Below are positions 23,864-38,599 of a stretch of 64,000 nucleotides of DNA, one piece after another. Numbering within the stretch: the stretch's first letter is position 1; every line of letters starts with the position of its first letter. A program made the translations under genes and the position numbers. The notes beneath the pieces are model-generated. The model did not search any database and had not been told where the DNA came from. It saw only the letters and a program-made list of their open reading frames with translations. Source of the DNA: Amphiscolops sp. MND2022 (taxonomy: Eukaryota); NCBI GenBank assembly GCA_964187785.1, contig OZ076421.1, positions 30,070,001 through 30,134,000 on the forward strand, in the 5' to 3' direction.

Positions 23864-25680
23864 GTGTGCCAACCTATTGCAACAGCCATCAAATTTTCCT
23901 TGTTCTGTGCGTTGTTGACCGCACAAGATGTCGACGCCTACAACCATTGGCTAAGACAAATCGACAGATGCTTTCGAGTGACTACGCCTAACGCTGCCGA
24001 TCAAGTTGGCCTGTTTCTCCTCTGCGCTGGGACTAAATCTGCAAAATATTACAACGAAGTAACCTGGCCACTTTTTAACGCAGGATTAGAAACACGTAGG
24101 GCAAACGAAATACAAAAGGCCGCTGATTTCGTAACAAGGAAATTTGCAGCACAATTCTCACTTAAGGGACTCTACTGAAAAGAAACTCTCCTCGTAGCAA
24201 CGAAGCATTCTGATCTTGCAATGCTGGACTCATCCGCACTCTCACAATTTAAATCGATATCTAAAAAGAACTAAGGTTTTGCACCACCTTTGGTTATTGC
24301 TATTTGATAGCAATGCCAGTTCATCAGCAGAGAAGGCCGTAGGGCAGAACTACATAAATCTGGAACCTGTCCTTGTTTTTGGAGCCTTTCTAAAAAGAAC
24401 TAAGGTTTTGCACCACCTTTGGTTATTGCTATTTGATAGCAATGCCAGTTCATCAGCAGAGAAGGCCGTAGGGCAGAACTACATAAATCTGGAGCCTGTC
24501 CTTGTTTTTGGAGCCAATGCAGGCGCCAGCCCTATCTGATGCGCTTCTCAACTTCTTGTGGAAGAGGTCAAAAACTAGCTAAAGCTGGTGTCATTGAAAC
24601 GTCACTACCCCTTTGGCGAGCTCACGTACTAGTGTCGAAAACTACTGACCACACAAAATGAAAGTGCATAGGTTTTTTTAAAACAGTGATTCAGTACACT
24701 GTTCCAGACGCTCATTCTATCCAAGTCAATGAAAGAACGTTTTTGAAAGTGAGCTCGTGAAAGTGATTCGTACATAGACCTGAAGTCCCTTCGTTTACTG
24801 GAGGAAGAGCAACATCTAACCTCGTTCGAAGCAAATGAAGAACTTTGGGTCCTTACACGGTTACCGCTCGGGGGTAACAAACGGCGTTCCCGTCTTTCAG
24901 AAAGCATGTAACACTATTGTCGATAGAGTGAAAGGTATTCCCGTGGACATCGTCGACTTAGTCATTGCTGGTGCAACAGAGCCGGAACACGATAAAAATT
25001 TAGCAGAACTTCGATTGCACACCCGGAAGTATGATCTAACTATCAATGAGGAAAAATTAAAGTTCCAATTTCGCGAGTTGAAACTCTTCGGGCAAATGTT
25101 TTCAGATGGAAACATTCATCCAGACGAAACGCTGATGAAACCCTCACTTAAAATGTCCTGTTCCTGCACTGAAAACACTCGATCGAATCGTTGGTATGAG
25201 TGTCAACTAGTCCAAAAGGGTTGGTGATTTGCCAACATTGCAGCTCCGCTGCTGAAGTTGAAACGGAACAAAAAGCAACCACTTGACACAGAGGTCATGA
25301 ACAGCATGGAAACTAAAAAGCGGGCTGTATCGAAAACTGCATTGTGGATCTCAGAGACAGGAAGATGAGAACGCAATTGGCGCGGACACCGTGTAGCTTT
25401 CGTATCTCATAAATTCTTGAATGACGAGTTGAAATGATCAGCGATTGAAAAAGAAACGATTGCGATAGTGTGGTCTGTACATAAATGACGACAGTACATT
25501 ACTGGAAGATCATAAAGGAGTTCGGATTCGGATGTTGATTTGAACGTATCCCTAGCCAAACAATTTTTCGAAAAGACGTCCTTTCGGTCCCTACGAACCA
25601 ATGGCCGACTCAGAAAACAAATTCATGGAGATGAAGTATGCCTTGTGTATGGAGACGTGTATAACTAAGTCTGACATTAA
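23864..25680 (+). mobile_element. Highly decayed gypsy-type retrotransposon remnant
   Basis: gag-like WLRQIDRCF; RT-like DLVIAGATEPEHDKNL...INEEKLKF...FGQMFSDGNIHPD; RNase H-like IEKETIAIVWSV. Many stops and frameshifts. Confidence 0.75.
24261..24515 (+). repeat. Tandem duplication, 129-bp unit x2
   Basis: CTAAAAAGAACTAAGG starts at 24261 and 24390; a 43-codon repeat is visible in ORF 24216-24539. Confidence 0.95.
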
Positions 25681-26289
25681 GACAGATGGATGGTTTTTTA
25701 TTGTCTCTTCAGATTGAGCTGATAATAAAATGTACGTAGAATTGAAGTTTCATCTTATGTTTGCTTTGCAAGGCTACCACAGTGAGACCATTAAGGGCAC
25801 TGAAATACATACTAGAATGAACAATAAAATACTGAACTCGATTATAAGATGATATAAATGCTCGTACGACACGACGTGACACAGGACTGAGCAGAAGGAC
25901 CGGGGATATTCCTGGCATTTGCTGAGGTATTTATAATCAAATTTTATAAAATAGCTACACTCTCGTCAAAAAGGGTACTGAATGAGTTGTTCTTTATAAT
26001 TTGAATGTTTTGGATCTTCTAGCCCATGAAATCTCCACCAATTTGGGCAGAAATCCCAAATTAAACGACAAAAACTTGAAAGTTTTGAATTTTTTGACAG
26101 TTCCAGTGTCAATTTGAAACCAATATTTATTACAAAATGTTTTTATCTCCTGGCAAAAGCCTTCTTTTGAATTAACGATATTTTTAACGTTTCAAGGTCT
26201 TATTTCACGAATTCTTTCAAAAACTCGAGAACAAACGAATGAAAATAAAGAAAATCGGCGAAATTTGGAACTTTTGTTTTTTTTCGGTG

Positions 26290-29200
26290 TTAATCCGAGA
26301 CAAAAATCTTTTCATTCATTCATCTCTTCACTAAGCCTACTGTACAATAAACGTTTTCTTTGTTGGCCCTTTTCAACTTCCAATCCAAGAATTTTGTCGA
26401 AATATTGAAAAAAACTGCACAAAAACTTTAAAAGTTGAAAATTTTGGATTTTACTCAATTTCGGTGTCACTTTCTTTGAAGATTCTAATTCACAATGTCT
26501 ATCGAAACGTCAACAAAAATTGCAGAGAAACGTTAAAAATCGGGAAGTTTGGACTTTTTGTCAGTTTCGGGGTCATTTTTTGAAGAACCGCTTTTGTTTT
26601 TTCATAAAAGACTACTGGAAAACGAATTTTTGCCTTGGTGAACGTTTTCAACATTCCAATTCACAAAGTGGTTCAGAAATTTAGCAAAAATTGAATAAAA
26701 AACATTGAAAATTGGAAAATTCCAGAATTGAAGTTGTTTTAGGGGTCAATTTGGGTCATGATGGGTCATTTTTGCCTTTTCCAAAAAACTCCACTATATT
26801 CCACAAAATTATATCACACGAAACTAAAGTTATAAGAGTTGAATTCCGTGGATAACCCCTTCAATTTGAATATAAATTCCGTGCTTGGTAAACTTTTACT
26901 CTGTATTGCCGGAGCAATGGACAGCTTGCAGCCTTTGTCAGTGAGTTTTCTCCTTCTAAATATCAAATCATTGGTGTTTCAAAACGATCTCTAATTGACC
27001 CATAATCAACTTTTAAATCGTGGTCATCTCTGGACCCAAACTCGTCCTAAACATGAAAGAAGTTGAGTGTAGTTCTCATTGGAAACCTTCACATGATCCA
27101 ATAATGACGTTTCTTCACATTTGGTACAAGGCGCACGCTTAGCAGCGAGATACTTTCAGCCCTGGACAGTTCTACAACAACATAAGTTTGAGACTCAAGA
27201 ACAGCCACTGCACTATGAACAACTAAAGAAAACCGAAGGAAAGATTGCATTGATTCATCTTAGCCCACTTTTGGAGCAAACATTTTTTAATAAACAAGCT
27301 AAGTACTTGATTCTCCGTTAAAAGTACCGAACATACCAAATTAGCAGTCGGCGCTTTTTATCAGGAAAGTGCAACTATAGTCATGGCTCGATAAACACCT
27401 GATCTACCAAAGTTCTTTAACGTTTCAAGAATCTTCTCACTACCACTTGACCTTGTGGGTAACGCGGCTTTCAGACAGTATTAGAACCAAAGGTACGTGG
27501 GTTCAAGCCTCGCACTCAACCAAAAAAGTTTTTATAAGGTAAATGAAAAGGAAACTTCAAAGGATCAACCTTTAGATCATTTTAAGACTATGCGACTTTT
27601 TTCACTTTTTGTTGCAAACATAAACTCCTTCTCTCGTCTCCTCATCTTTCAGCGGAAACAACATCGTTTTGCTAGCATAGGTGACCACATTTTCCGCACT
27701 GTGCATTTTGTGAGTGAAGCGAAAGCTTTGAAAAAAATACCGAAAACAATTTTCGAAACATGGTTTTTTTGTAATTTTAGGTTTTTGAGGTTTTCTGTAA
27801 AGGAAATAGGCTTCCAGAGTCTTGGGGGTGTTTTGATCCTGTGCAACTGACGTGTTTTCTGAATGAGTATGGAATTTACCTCCTTTGAGCTTTTTCGCCT
27901 CTGTGCGTCTTTTCAAAATTATCATCTGGTCGAAGGTTACACATCACTTTCAACGCTAATTTCAGCTTGAGAGAAGTAGTTTTGCGAGCTGAACTTTTTT
28001 GACAGTGTGGGACTTCTCCGAAAAATGAATGAAAATGGATTTTTGATTTTAATGTTGGGTAAAAAATGGCATTTGAGTCTCAGGCGTTATTTTTGTAGTA
28101 ATTTGTTTCGGCACTGAGAAAAAGGGTAAAAGTTTGAATTTAGTGTCTTTTGCAAGTTTAAGTAATGTCCTTTGCAGTGACCTTTGCGAGTGTCCTTTGC
28201 AAGTACTCCATCCGTAGTGATTTTGCTTGGTGCTTTTTGATTCTTGACGTGACAGAAACGTTTGTACGCAGAAAATTTTACGCTTTACGGACATTGTGCA
28301 AAAAAATTGTCTGATAGTTTTTCGAACACTACCTGTGGCTTAACGTTTCAATACGGATCCTATGGGCTTTCTGATTGAAGTAAATGTTTGGATAGGGAGC
28401 AAAATTGGAAGTATGTTGTCGAACCTTGAGAAAGTTTGGAAGTTTTGGCACCTTTGTTGTCAAATTCGACGAATTTCACACAACTTTTCGTCTCAAAGTT
28501 TCAAAAACCCTATTGTTTCAACGTTTAGGTCAATGGACGCTTTATTCTTCAAAAATTTTCATAGTTTAACAAAAACAAGGAGTGCTTTTGTGATAAAAAC
28601 GTGCTTTTTTTTTAGTTTTTTGGATTTTGTGGTGCTTTTTAGCAAATTCACACAAAACACATACAGTTATATCTTTAAAAACGCCAATTGGATACCTGAA
28701 TTAGACGTTTCCAAGTTTAAACCAATTTGTGCAAGGAAATCAGACAAAATTTTTTTTGAAGAACTCCAAAAAACGTAAGAGTTTTGAAACTTCAGAGTTT
28801 CCGCTTGTTTTGGGCTGTTCTGAGACATTTTTCTGCCAAAAATGTGCAAACATCTCTATCAAATGCAAACTCCGGAACTCAATATACCATCTGGAAGCTT
28901 TTTGAAGATTTTATTCAATCAACATTTTCTAATCGCCAATGAAAAAGTCACTGAAAGTATCAGCAATCACCTAAAACTTTGCATTCTCGATATTTTTTGT
29001 CAATTTTGAGCCATTTTCCAACTCAAGTCTGCAACTTTTTCTCTTGAAAAATCCTATTGGATTTTGAGTTCAGTCAGTGTTGAACGTTTTGTTTTCCAGC
29101 CTTCGGACACCAAAGCAATTCAAAAAGTATCCATAAAGTACACAAAATAACGTGAAATTTCAGACTCATTCAGAGTCATTCTCAAGTGTTATTGAAGCAA

Positions 29201-30325
29201 AACGCTGCAAGGTACCCGTCAAAACTGTATTGAATAGCTTGTTCTTTAAATTTTGTACATTTTGGGACTTCTAACACATGAACTCTTTCGTAAATTGGAA
29301 AGAAGTTGCAACAAAAATGACAAACAAGAAAACTTGGGTCAGTTTGGTGCCTTATTCTATTACAATTTGTTCTCATGTCTTGACAAATGCCTTCTGAATT
29401 ACCAAACTTGTCCATTGTTGAACAGTTTAAGGATTCTAATCCTCCAAGTTTATCAACCAAAATTTTGACAAAAATTGTCTGTTTCGATGTCAATCCGAGA
29501 CAATATTCTTTGAAAACATCATTCATCTCTTCACTAAGCCTACTGGACAACACATTGTTTCCTTATTGACTCTTTTCATTATCCAATTCTCGAATTTTGT
29601 CGAAAAAATGACAAAAAATATTTTCTGATTATTTGTTTATTTTCGGTGTCTTTTTGAGATTTTTTTCGTTTGGAATACGGCAATTGTCTTTTCGAAAAAG
29701 GCTACTGGACAACACCATTTTGCTTTTTGAACGTATTCAACATTCTTATCCACGATGTGCAGAAATGTTTTCTTACAAAAATTGCAAAAAAACGTTGAAA
29801 ATCAAAAGTTTTTGGATTTTTGTAGTTTCTGGCGTCATTTTGGATGCTTTCTTTCCAGAAAAACGCATTTGTTTCTCATAAACGTTTACTGGACAACCAA
29901 TTCTGGCCATGCCAATTTTTTTTAAAAAAAATAAACGTTTTGAAGATTCTAGTTCACGATGTCTATCGAAATTTCGACAAAAATTGCATAGAAACGTTAG
30001 AAATCGGGAAATTTGGACTTTTTGTCCTTTTTGGGCTCTTTTTTCTTTTATCGGCGCTTTTATCTCTTCATTAAAGACTAGTGGACGACAAATTCTAGCC
30101 TTGTTTATCATTTTCAACAATCTAATCAACGATACCTTCCGCAAATCTTACAAAAATTGCATGAAAAAACGAGGTCATTTTGGGTCACTGTGTGGTCATT
30201 TTCGTCAGTCCCAAAAATATACAAAAACCTCCACAAATACATATCGCACGAAAATAAAGTTATATGTGTTGAATTCTGTGGATGACACCCTTCAATTTGA
30301 ATATAATCTTCGGTGCTTAGCATGT
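26290..30325. repeat. Two diverged copies of an AT-rich dispersed repeat (about 26290-26890 and 29490-30325), with further repeat debris between
   Basis: Shared blocks CTCTTCACTAAGCCTACTG, ATGTCTATCGAAA...AATCGGGAA.TTTGGAC and CCCTTCAATTTGAATATAA in the same order. Confidence 0.7.
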
Positions 30326-30989
30326 TTTGTGAAAAAATGTTTGATTTAGTATTTTCCTTTCCCATATGAAGTATGGGCGGAAAATAATAAAATAGTTTCT
30401 TCAACCGACCAAATACCAATAGTTGGTAACAAAAGTTAGTCATTTCAAAACCTGTTATTGCGAACAAGTACCCGATCAGAGGATGCTATGAAGAAGACAA
30501 TTTTCGGAAGGCACTGTCTTCACCATACAAAATTGATGCGACCCAATAAACCCATTGCACAAAATATGTACTCGGAACTGCCTCGATTTGAGACTGTAAT
30601 CACTTTCTGACAATCCAAGAGTTTTCCACAGCGTTTGCAACAGACTCTTCCTTTATTCTCTGAAATGCCAGAATGATCCGCCGATTTCTTTTGATAAATT
30701 GTTGACCAATGGGTCGAAGGGCTTCGGTGAGAGCAATAAGCAACATTATACGTTACTTCACGGAGATATGTCTTGTAAGGTATAGCAACCCATCAAGTTT
30801 TAACTAGATTAGCGCTAAAAAAATTCGATCCTGTTTTCCAATTTACAACCTGACCTGCTGACCAGTACACTATTGCTTCGATATCTGGAATCCAGACCTA
30901 GTAAACAAATTAGTTGTCACTATACTATCAAGAGTTTGAAGAAAGCATGGAGTTTGTCTGTGATAGTTTCCACTCATTCTTGCATTGAG

Positions 30990-31700
30990 TTCTGATCACA
31001 AATTTTTACACTTCCGCAAGAGGGAAGACCCTTGGAAATTTTCCTCGGATGGAAATGCGTTTCCCTGCTGTCATCAATTGTTGTTCTCCTTGTTGTTGAT
31101 GTTGATGAAGATTTTCAACTTTCGCTGATAGGTTGTCTCCCAGTTTCTTTCTAACATCTTCATCCCATGTTTCTACATTAGCCACAGTCACAAGCCCTCA
31201 ACTAAGTACAAGACCTGTCTTCGTCGCACTGGATATTGAAGTGCCTCCACGTATCACAGCGAAGTCTGTCTTTGAGACCCGTTCCGTTGCCAATGTCACA
31301 GCAATTATTAACCTTTTTAACGATCTGACACTTCCTAAAGAAAAATTCATTACTGCTTCTCTCAGTCCGGGGGATTTTCTTTTGACAGTTCATGGGTCTG
31401 CGTGCGCTGCAAGTCATTTTGCTATGTAAGTTCAGAATGTTCGCCAGCTTTCCTCTAGTAATCGAAGAAAAAAAGGAGATTGTTCATCTGCACAAACATT
31501 AGGAGCGGCAAAATGTTCAGTAGTCGCGAACGATTCGCATAACAAATCTGTTTGTTGCCCATTATCCTTTTGGAGCCTCTCTAGAGCGTTCATGGTGGCA
31601 TTTAATTGTTTGGCACATAGGTGACAAAGGAAGTACTAGCGATTTGTACAGGCCCAGCTAAATGTTGATTTTAACAATGTACGCGATGTTCCGCCACAGA
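30990..31700 (-). pseudogene. Possible LINE ORF1 remnant
   Basis: Fragments such as FLCHLCAKQLN followed by coiled-coil-like sequence; broken by stops. Weak. Confidence 0.3.
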
Positions 31701-31859
31701 GAAAACAAAACATTGTAGGCCTTCAGCTAGCATGAGCAGACCAGTTGAGACCTTTTTTTTCACAAAGGTACCTAGGTTTTTGAGTTCTTCTGTGTTCTAG
31801 AAATTGATGTAACCGACTTTATATTGATAATTTGTACATAACCCAAGTTGGTAGCGATT

Positions 31860-34480
31860 GTCCGGAGCCAAGTTCTTTCCATTGGTGTCAACCCAGTTCG
31901 AGTTAGCTTACAAGTCGGATTGTATTTGCTTTTGTGTCTTCGCAACAGCTAGTATTTTTAGATCATCTGCAAATATGTATGGATCAATAAATTTCAGTGA
32001 CTCGGGGATGTCACTTATGAAAATACGGTATAACGAGGGACCCAGAAGAGTTCATTGGGGCAATCCACTTGTGATTTCTAACTGGTGAGGTAGAGTGTTC
32101 CCAACTCTAACGTGCTGGGTTCGCCTTTCCAAGTAATCACAAAGAATATCGAGGAAGCAGCCTTCAACGCCAATTGCAGTCACCTTCTTTAGCAACTCAT
32201 TATGCAGAACTCAACCAAACGCTTTCGCAAAGTCGGGGTAAAAACTACTGTATCACAAGACTTGTTATCCAAGGCTTCATGTATGTCTTCCAAGAAATTC
32301 AGCATGTTTGATTGAATTGATTTTCCTCGGACAAGTCCGTGCTGGATTCTGGAGAGAAAGAAAGTGAAATTAGGATTTTGAAGATCATACAAGCACTTTT
32401 CGCAAATTTTGCTATCAACATTCAGAAGAGACCTTGATCTGTAGTTCTTCTCTAACTGTTTGTCGCCTTATGTGAAGACAGGAACGAAAGTAGCTTCTTT
32501 CCAACATTTAGGAAGTTTTCCTAGTCTTTTACCGTTCTCGAATAGTCTGTTCAAGGTAGTACTCACTTCAAAAACTAGCTGTGTTTTGGAAAAGTACTGG
32601 GAGGATTTTGTTAGGGCCTCTTGACTTGGTGATGTCTAAGTCTGTTAAGATATTTCGAATTTTGAAATTTGAAATGTCAAAGTTTCCCACAATGGATTTT
32701 TTGTTTCGAATGACTTGTAGTTTGTGTTCGATTTTTGGTGAGTAAACCGAATGAAAAACTCCTTAAAAAGAGAGTTGTTTGGTTTTCCTGGCCTCAACGC
32801 CTTGTACATTACCTTAGGAACTCAGTTCGCTTCGTTAAGATAGTTCAAGTACTTGAAAATTTTATCGGAGCTTTTTCGACTTGCGTGAGCTTAATAGTTC
32901 TTCTTTTTAATTCAAACGATCGATCTTACAGTTCTCTATTACCACGTTTTCTAGTTTAGATACGTTATATCTTCAGTATGTAGGTCTTTCTAGAAGTACT
33001 GTCTTCTGAGTTTTCAATTTGTTTATGAGATTTGAGGTACTTGGAGTTACCCGAGGAGGCATTTCTTTTCCATGTCTCGTTCTTTGCGGAACACACTCCC
33101 GTATTAACGTTTCCGTGTATTAACTCAATTCAGAATACATATTGTCAAAATGGACAAGAATGCATAATTGCGTTGCAAACTGGAGTGAACGAATGTGTGC
33201 TTTTTTGATAGTTTTTCGATTGTCAGTTCTTCAGTAACTTCGATAATTCTCAAAGATGGGTTCCTGTTGGTAGTGCGAACATTCGAGTCTCATTTTAACT
33301 GCGTCATGGTTGGTGATGGTGTAGACTTTCGTGGAATCGTTGTCGTTTTGGACCAAGATATTGCATTTCCTTTCAAAGACCAAGTGGGAAATTCAACTAC
33401 TTGCCGAAGCATGTGGTAATAAAACAAATCAATGACTCTTTGTCCATAGTCGTTGGATCTGCATAACGTGTTCCAGTCAACTGTAAGCAGGTTCATACCC
33501 CCACAGACAATTAATGGAGTTGTTTTTGGTAAAGAGTCGATTTTTTTGTTTAAAATCTGCACTTTCTTATCAGCATTCGCTGTTATCCGGTGTGTTGTAC
33601 AGAGTACAGAGAACAACCTCTAAGTTGTCAAGAGTTATTGAACAGGCTACACAGTATTCAGTTAACACGATGTCTAGCTATTTAGAAACAAGAGTGTTTT
33701 TCACGGCAATTGGAGAACCTCAATGAGTAGAGTAGTCTTTAGTAAACAGTCTGTCTGCGCGATGAAGTTGTTACTCTGGCAGTTGCAGTTCAGAGTCTGA
33801 AGTTTTCTCTTCCTTCTGCTTTCCAAAGAATTTGAATGTTCAGTAACAGAATGTTCATGTAGAATAGTCAGTCGGTTTTTCATTTTCCTCAATCAAAAGT
33901 ACTTCGTTTCTATCTTTAAATAGTTCAAAGCTCCGTATTTTCAGTTTGTTAGGCGGTACACCGTTGTTGATCTGCTCTCTCCGCTTCTTAAAGTATAGGC
34001 ATCTTCTCCTAACAACATAGGCATCAAAAAATGCTCTCTTTTTCGAGTTCAGTACGTTTCACATAGCTTTTTGCTAGCACCAAACTTGCTTCGTCTTTCT
34101 TGCTGAAGGTTACAAGGAACGTCTTGGAATTCGTTTTGTCTCTATCAAACTTTCCAAGCCTTCTCAATTCTTTGACGTTTGTGTCATAGCCAATTTTTAT
34201 TAAGTATTTCGTTAACCGTTTTGGTGGTTTGGACAAGATTACTGTATTTTTGATCAAGTTCCCGTGTATTGTCTGACTTGATGAGTTGTGGTTCAGGATT
34301 TGTTTCTGTTCTCTCTTCGTAGAAACCATTTCTAACACTTTTTGCCGCTGTTTCGCTATAGCTGTTTTGGATTACTTTACATGAGATTTCCAAGACATTT
34401 ATTTTTTTGTCAATCAGGTGTGTTAGTTTAACCTCAACCGACTCCAGTTTGATTTTAAATTTGAAGGCTCCCACTTGTTC
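31860..34480 (-). mobile_element. Decayed CR1/L2-like LINE
   Basis: ORF1-like RLGKFDRDK...LVTF; endonuclease-like GGMNLLTVDW; RT-like WKEATFVPVF and FLEDIHEALD. Confidence 0.75.
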
Positions 34481-35490
34481 GTTCGCTTTGTGATGTTATC
34501 TCATTCATTGCTTTCAATACAGGTGTGGCTTTGTAAAATGCAACTGGCCCGAGTACTTTTAATCCATTTGAGGCATCACTCGGGAGCGTAGAACACGAAG
34601 GTTCAAGATGCATTCAATGCATTGATAGGTTCTCTCATGTTGATTATTCTTGCCTTTGCATGTTTTACAGTTCTTGATCATTTTTGTAATCTGTTTGGCT
34701 TAGGCACCCCGAAGTGGATCAGTTACCTAATGATGCTTTCTTTTTTGATGAGCTTCCTCAGTTGCCAAATATGTTTTCTGATGATGCTCATGGTTTTTAT
34801 TCCAAAAGCTGGTTCTTGATTTAAAAAACCTCGTATTTCGCTAAAAGTTTTCTGTCCTGTCGCTTCTTTGGTAAATTAGGTTCATGTATGACATGAAAAA
34901 CAGGTATTTTCAACTTTTTCAGAAGCGTTGCAGATATTCGGGGAACATTTGCGGGGGCAGTATACCACACCATGAAAGTTTTCTCTTTTCGTGATCAGTT
35001 TCGACAGTTCGCTTCCACTTTGTTTTGTGTTCAGCGATAGTTTAAATTGTGGGGCGATATGGAGTTGTTCACTACGTCGTGCCACAATGAAAACTTTTCA
35101 TTGTGTGAAAATAACATTTCTAACCAGATATTGTATAGTTTTTTGGGGGGTTTGCTGCACCATGGTTCGGAGTAAGCCCAGAGACTGGCAATCACCTCTC
35201 TTCTGAGTCTTTTCTTTGTTTTTTTTTCTCCAAAGAATGATGTAACGAGCTTGCTGCAAAGACCAGCAAGAATGGGACCACCACGGTTAAAAGATGTTGG
35301 TTAAAAGCGCTTGCATGGGTGCAGCAAGTATGAGAACATTTTTCTTGGCAAAACGAAAAACATTTATTTCTCCTGCTATATTTGGCCACTCCCAACTACT
35401 GGGAAAACAACAATATCGACACGAGAAACTGTTGAAGATGTCGCCTAGCTAACCAAATCTATCTAATGCGTGAAGAAAACCCTATAAGAC

Positions 35491-38410
35491 ATGGCATCCA
35501 CACCTCAAGCGACAACCGAGTCGACATCAACTGGTAAAGATACTTATCCCCCTTCTAGACCCTATTTACAAAACTTTGAATCGGATGTTCGACTTGGCGG
35601 TCTATCTGAAATAAAAGCTTCTATAAAAGGTATACAAAAAAATGCGCAAAACTTGCCACAAAACCTGATCGAAACGAAGGTTCTGAACACGAAGAAAACC
35701 TGATTTATGATGTTGTGAACCATTTGAGCGTTCACAAAATGAAATATCGGGCTTTCAGTGGCTCGGACATATTGACAAGAACTCAACAAGATCTATGCAA
35801 ATGCTTGTGAAGTTCAAGAACAGTTTCAATGTTGACAAGTCTTTAGCTCGTGCATCAATGCTGAACACGCATGAACACGAGTACATGGATGAAAAAGATA
35901 AAGTTTATATATCAAAGTCGCTGGATAAAGAACAGCAGTTAATTGAGCAAAAACTGTTGAAAAAGCGAATGGAAATGATTGACCCGGAAAAATGTCATCC
36001 GAGAGACATTTTGATTTGAAACGGAGTGTTGTATTTGAATCACAGACCCGTCAAAGTTGAAGCCTGGCATATTGATTTATACCACAGAATCCAATGTCTT
36101 TTGTTACAACATCAGAAGCTTATTCACCGATGAATGGCTGAACTTTTTCGTGAATTAGATTTCTTTGAAAAATTATGATATTTTTTACTTTGCATAACAT
36201 GGCTATTTGATGCTAACACAAAAGGTGTATTCTTTCTCCTAGATAATCAGTGCTATCCGTCCGATCAAAAATCGACCAATGGGAACACGGCTCATGGAGA
36301 TACCGCGATCTTTGTCAAAAGATCTAACATTTTCGAACAACTTAAATAGGAATATGATGTTAACGGATCAGTTACTCTTTGCTCGTTAACTCTTGGCAAA
36401 CGGAAACTATTGACCATCTTATGCTATCTACCACCTGCATACAGCAAATATAGTTATAACAGTCATAAACTGGAAAGTCTCTTGATAATATCTCACAGCG
36501 CAAACGCATGTTTGGTGACAACTTCATTTATGGAGACTTCACTTTTCCTGCAATCGATTGGAACAAGGTGTCATCGGATGACGACTTGGAAAGGGATGTT
36601 ACTGATTATATCAACTCAATGGAACTTCAACAAAAAAAATTGATTTGAACACAGCTGCTAGCGGTATTTTTGACTTACTTTTGGTCACCATAACAATCAA
36701 ATTAATATAGAAAAATTTAATGATTGTCCAACGAAGAAAATGTTCTCGAATCATAGTCCCTTCGAATTGGTTTTCAATATCGACAACAGTTTCATTCAGA
36801 AAGACCAAACCCGAATATAAATACTTTCAGCTCTTGCAATGGAGATTACCGAAGTCTTACAAATTTCACCATTGATAAAAGATTTGCAAGTTTTTGCTGG
36901 TCAAATCCAAACAAAGTAGTGGACTTTTGGTATCACTGGATTTAATCTAGAATACGAAACATTCTTCCAAAAACAACCCAACATAGAGGCTCTCTAATGC
37001 CTTGGATATCGGAAGATACTGCTAATAAAAAAAATCGAAAATAATAACGAAAAAGTTCGCGACATCATTCAACAGGTGGAAGCTGCTGCAGAAGCTTACA
37101 AAGTTTCTTTCGACGAAAAATTTGCTGAAAACCAAGAATACAACTGAATTATTCAAATATTTTAGCGCATTCAGTAAAGAAAATTTCCCTAGAAACATGA
37201 CACATGGAGAGAAATCAGCCGACAATGACCTACAGAAAGCTAATCTTTTGCAATCTTCTTCTCTTCGGTGTTTATCAAACCCTTAGAGTTCAATCTTCCA
37301 ATACATCCTGTCAAATGTTCTTCCACTTTGGATACTATTAAAAATTCTGAAAAAGTTGTTATCGCTAAATTTAAAGATTTACAAACCAGCAAAAGCCAAA
37401 GTTTGGATAACCTGCCCAAACTCTTTTCAAGAAAACCTGTTTATCTATACCTTATTCTCTGTATCAAATCTATCGGAAAATCAAGCAAACAGGAATCTTC
37501 TCTCACGAGTGGGAAAAAGCAGTCGTTGTTCCTCTATTCAAACGAGAAACAAGTCCCAAGTTGTTAACTATCGACCTGTCTCACTGCTGAAAATTCCTAG
37601 TCAAGTTTTCGAAACCTTGATTTTCAAAAAATTATATATTTTTTTTGTTCTCCTTTTCTATATGTTTCACAGTTCGGCTTCCGAAAAAACTGATCGACAG
37701 TTACTCAACTGATAACGTTTCTTTAAAAAATATATTTGAAAGTATCGCGACAAAAAGCCATATTGATGTTATTTTCACAGACTTCAACAAATCCTCCGAC
37801 AAAGTAGACCCGAGATTACTTTTACAAAAAATCCATATAATGGGTATCCGAGGAAAGCTTTTTCAAGTGTTCAAATCTTTTCTAGTTGCACGTCGGCAAC
37901 AAGTCCATGTAGGGGATTCTTTCTCAAAAGAGTTTCTCGCGACCAGTGGAGAACAACAAGGCAGCATTATAAGCACTTTTCTTTTCCTTATTTTTACAAA
38001 TGACTTTCCCGACCTTCGTAATGAAGTATACCACTTACTTTTTGCAGAGGATGCCAAATTAATTTGCGTTGGTTTTTAGACACAAAGGCTATCCAAGATG
38101 ACCTAATTAACATCTTCAATTAGACTTTCTCAAACGAGATGCCTTTCAAAATGGAAAATTGTGCACACATTGCAATACCAAACAAAAACAAATAATTGTT
38201 TTTCTGGGAATGCTCTCGTTGAACTTGTCTTGATACAAACTGATCTAGGTCTTTGTTTTTTCGGTGAAATTAAATGAAATTCACATATTGTCAAGGTTTG
38301 TGGGAAAGTGAACCAAGTGTTCCAGACGATTGAAAGAAAAGTGTCCCTTATTTCGTTAAATGCGCTTTTTTTATTCTATCTGATATCATGGATCTTCGTC
38401 ATCAATCAAG
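35491..38410 (+). mobile_element. Decayed CR1-like LINE
   Basis: ORF1-like LVKFKN...VYISKSL; endonuclease-like YLPP and GDFTFPAIDW; RT-like NYRPVSLL, FTDFNKSSDKVD, SGEQQGSIISTFLFLIFTND, LFAEDAKL. Confidence 0.85.
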
Positions 38411-38599
38411 TGCCATGTGTATCATCAAGTTGGGGGGGACGACACACACCCGAGGTCAGCAACGAAAGTAGAGAACCTCATACCAGCCTCTATCTCAGTA
38501 GACCAGTAACGAAAAACAACCAACTAGCTACTCAAAGCAGCCACTATCCCAGTAGACCGGTAGAAATTTTTTAAAAGTTTCTACGTTATAGAGGTTTTA

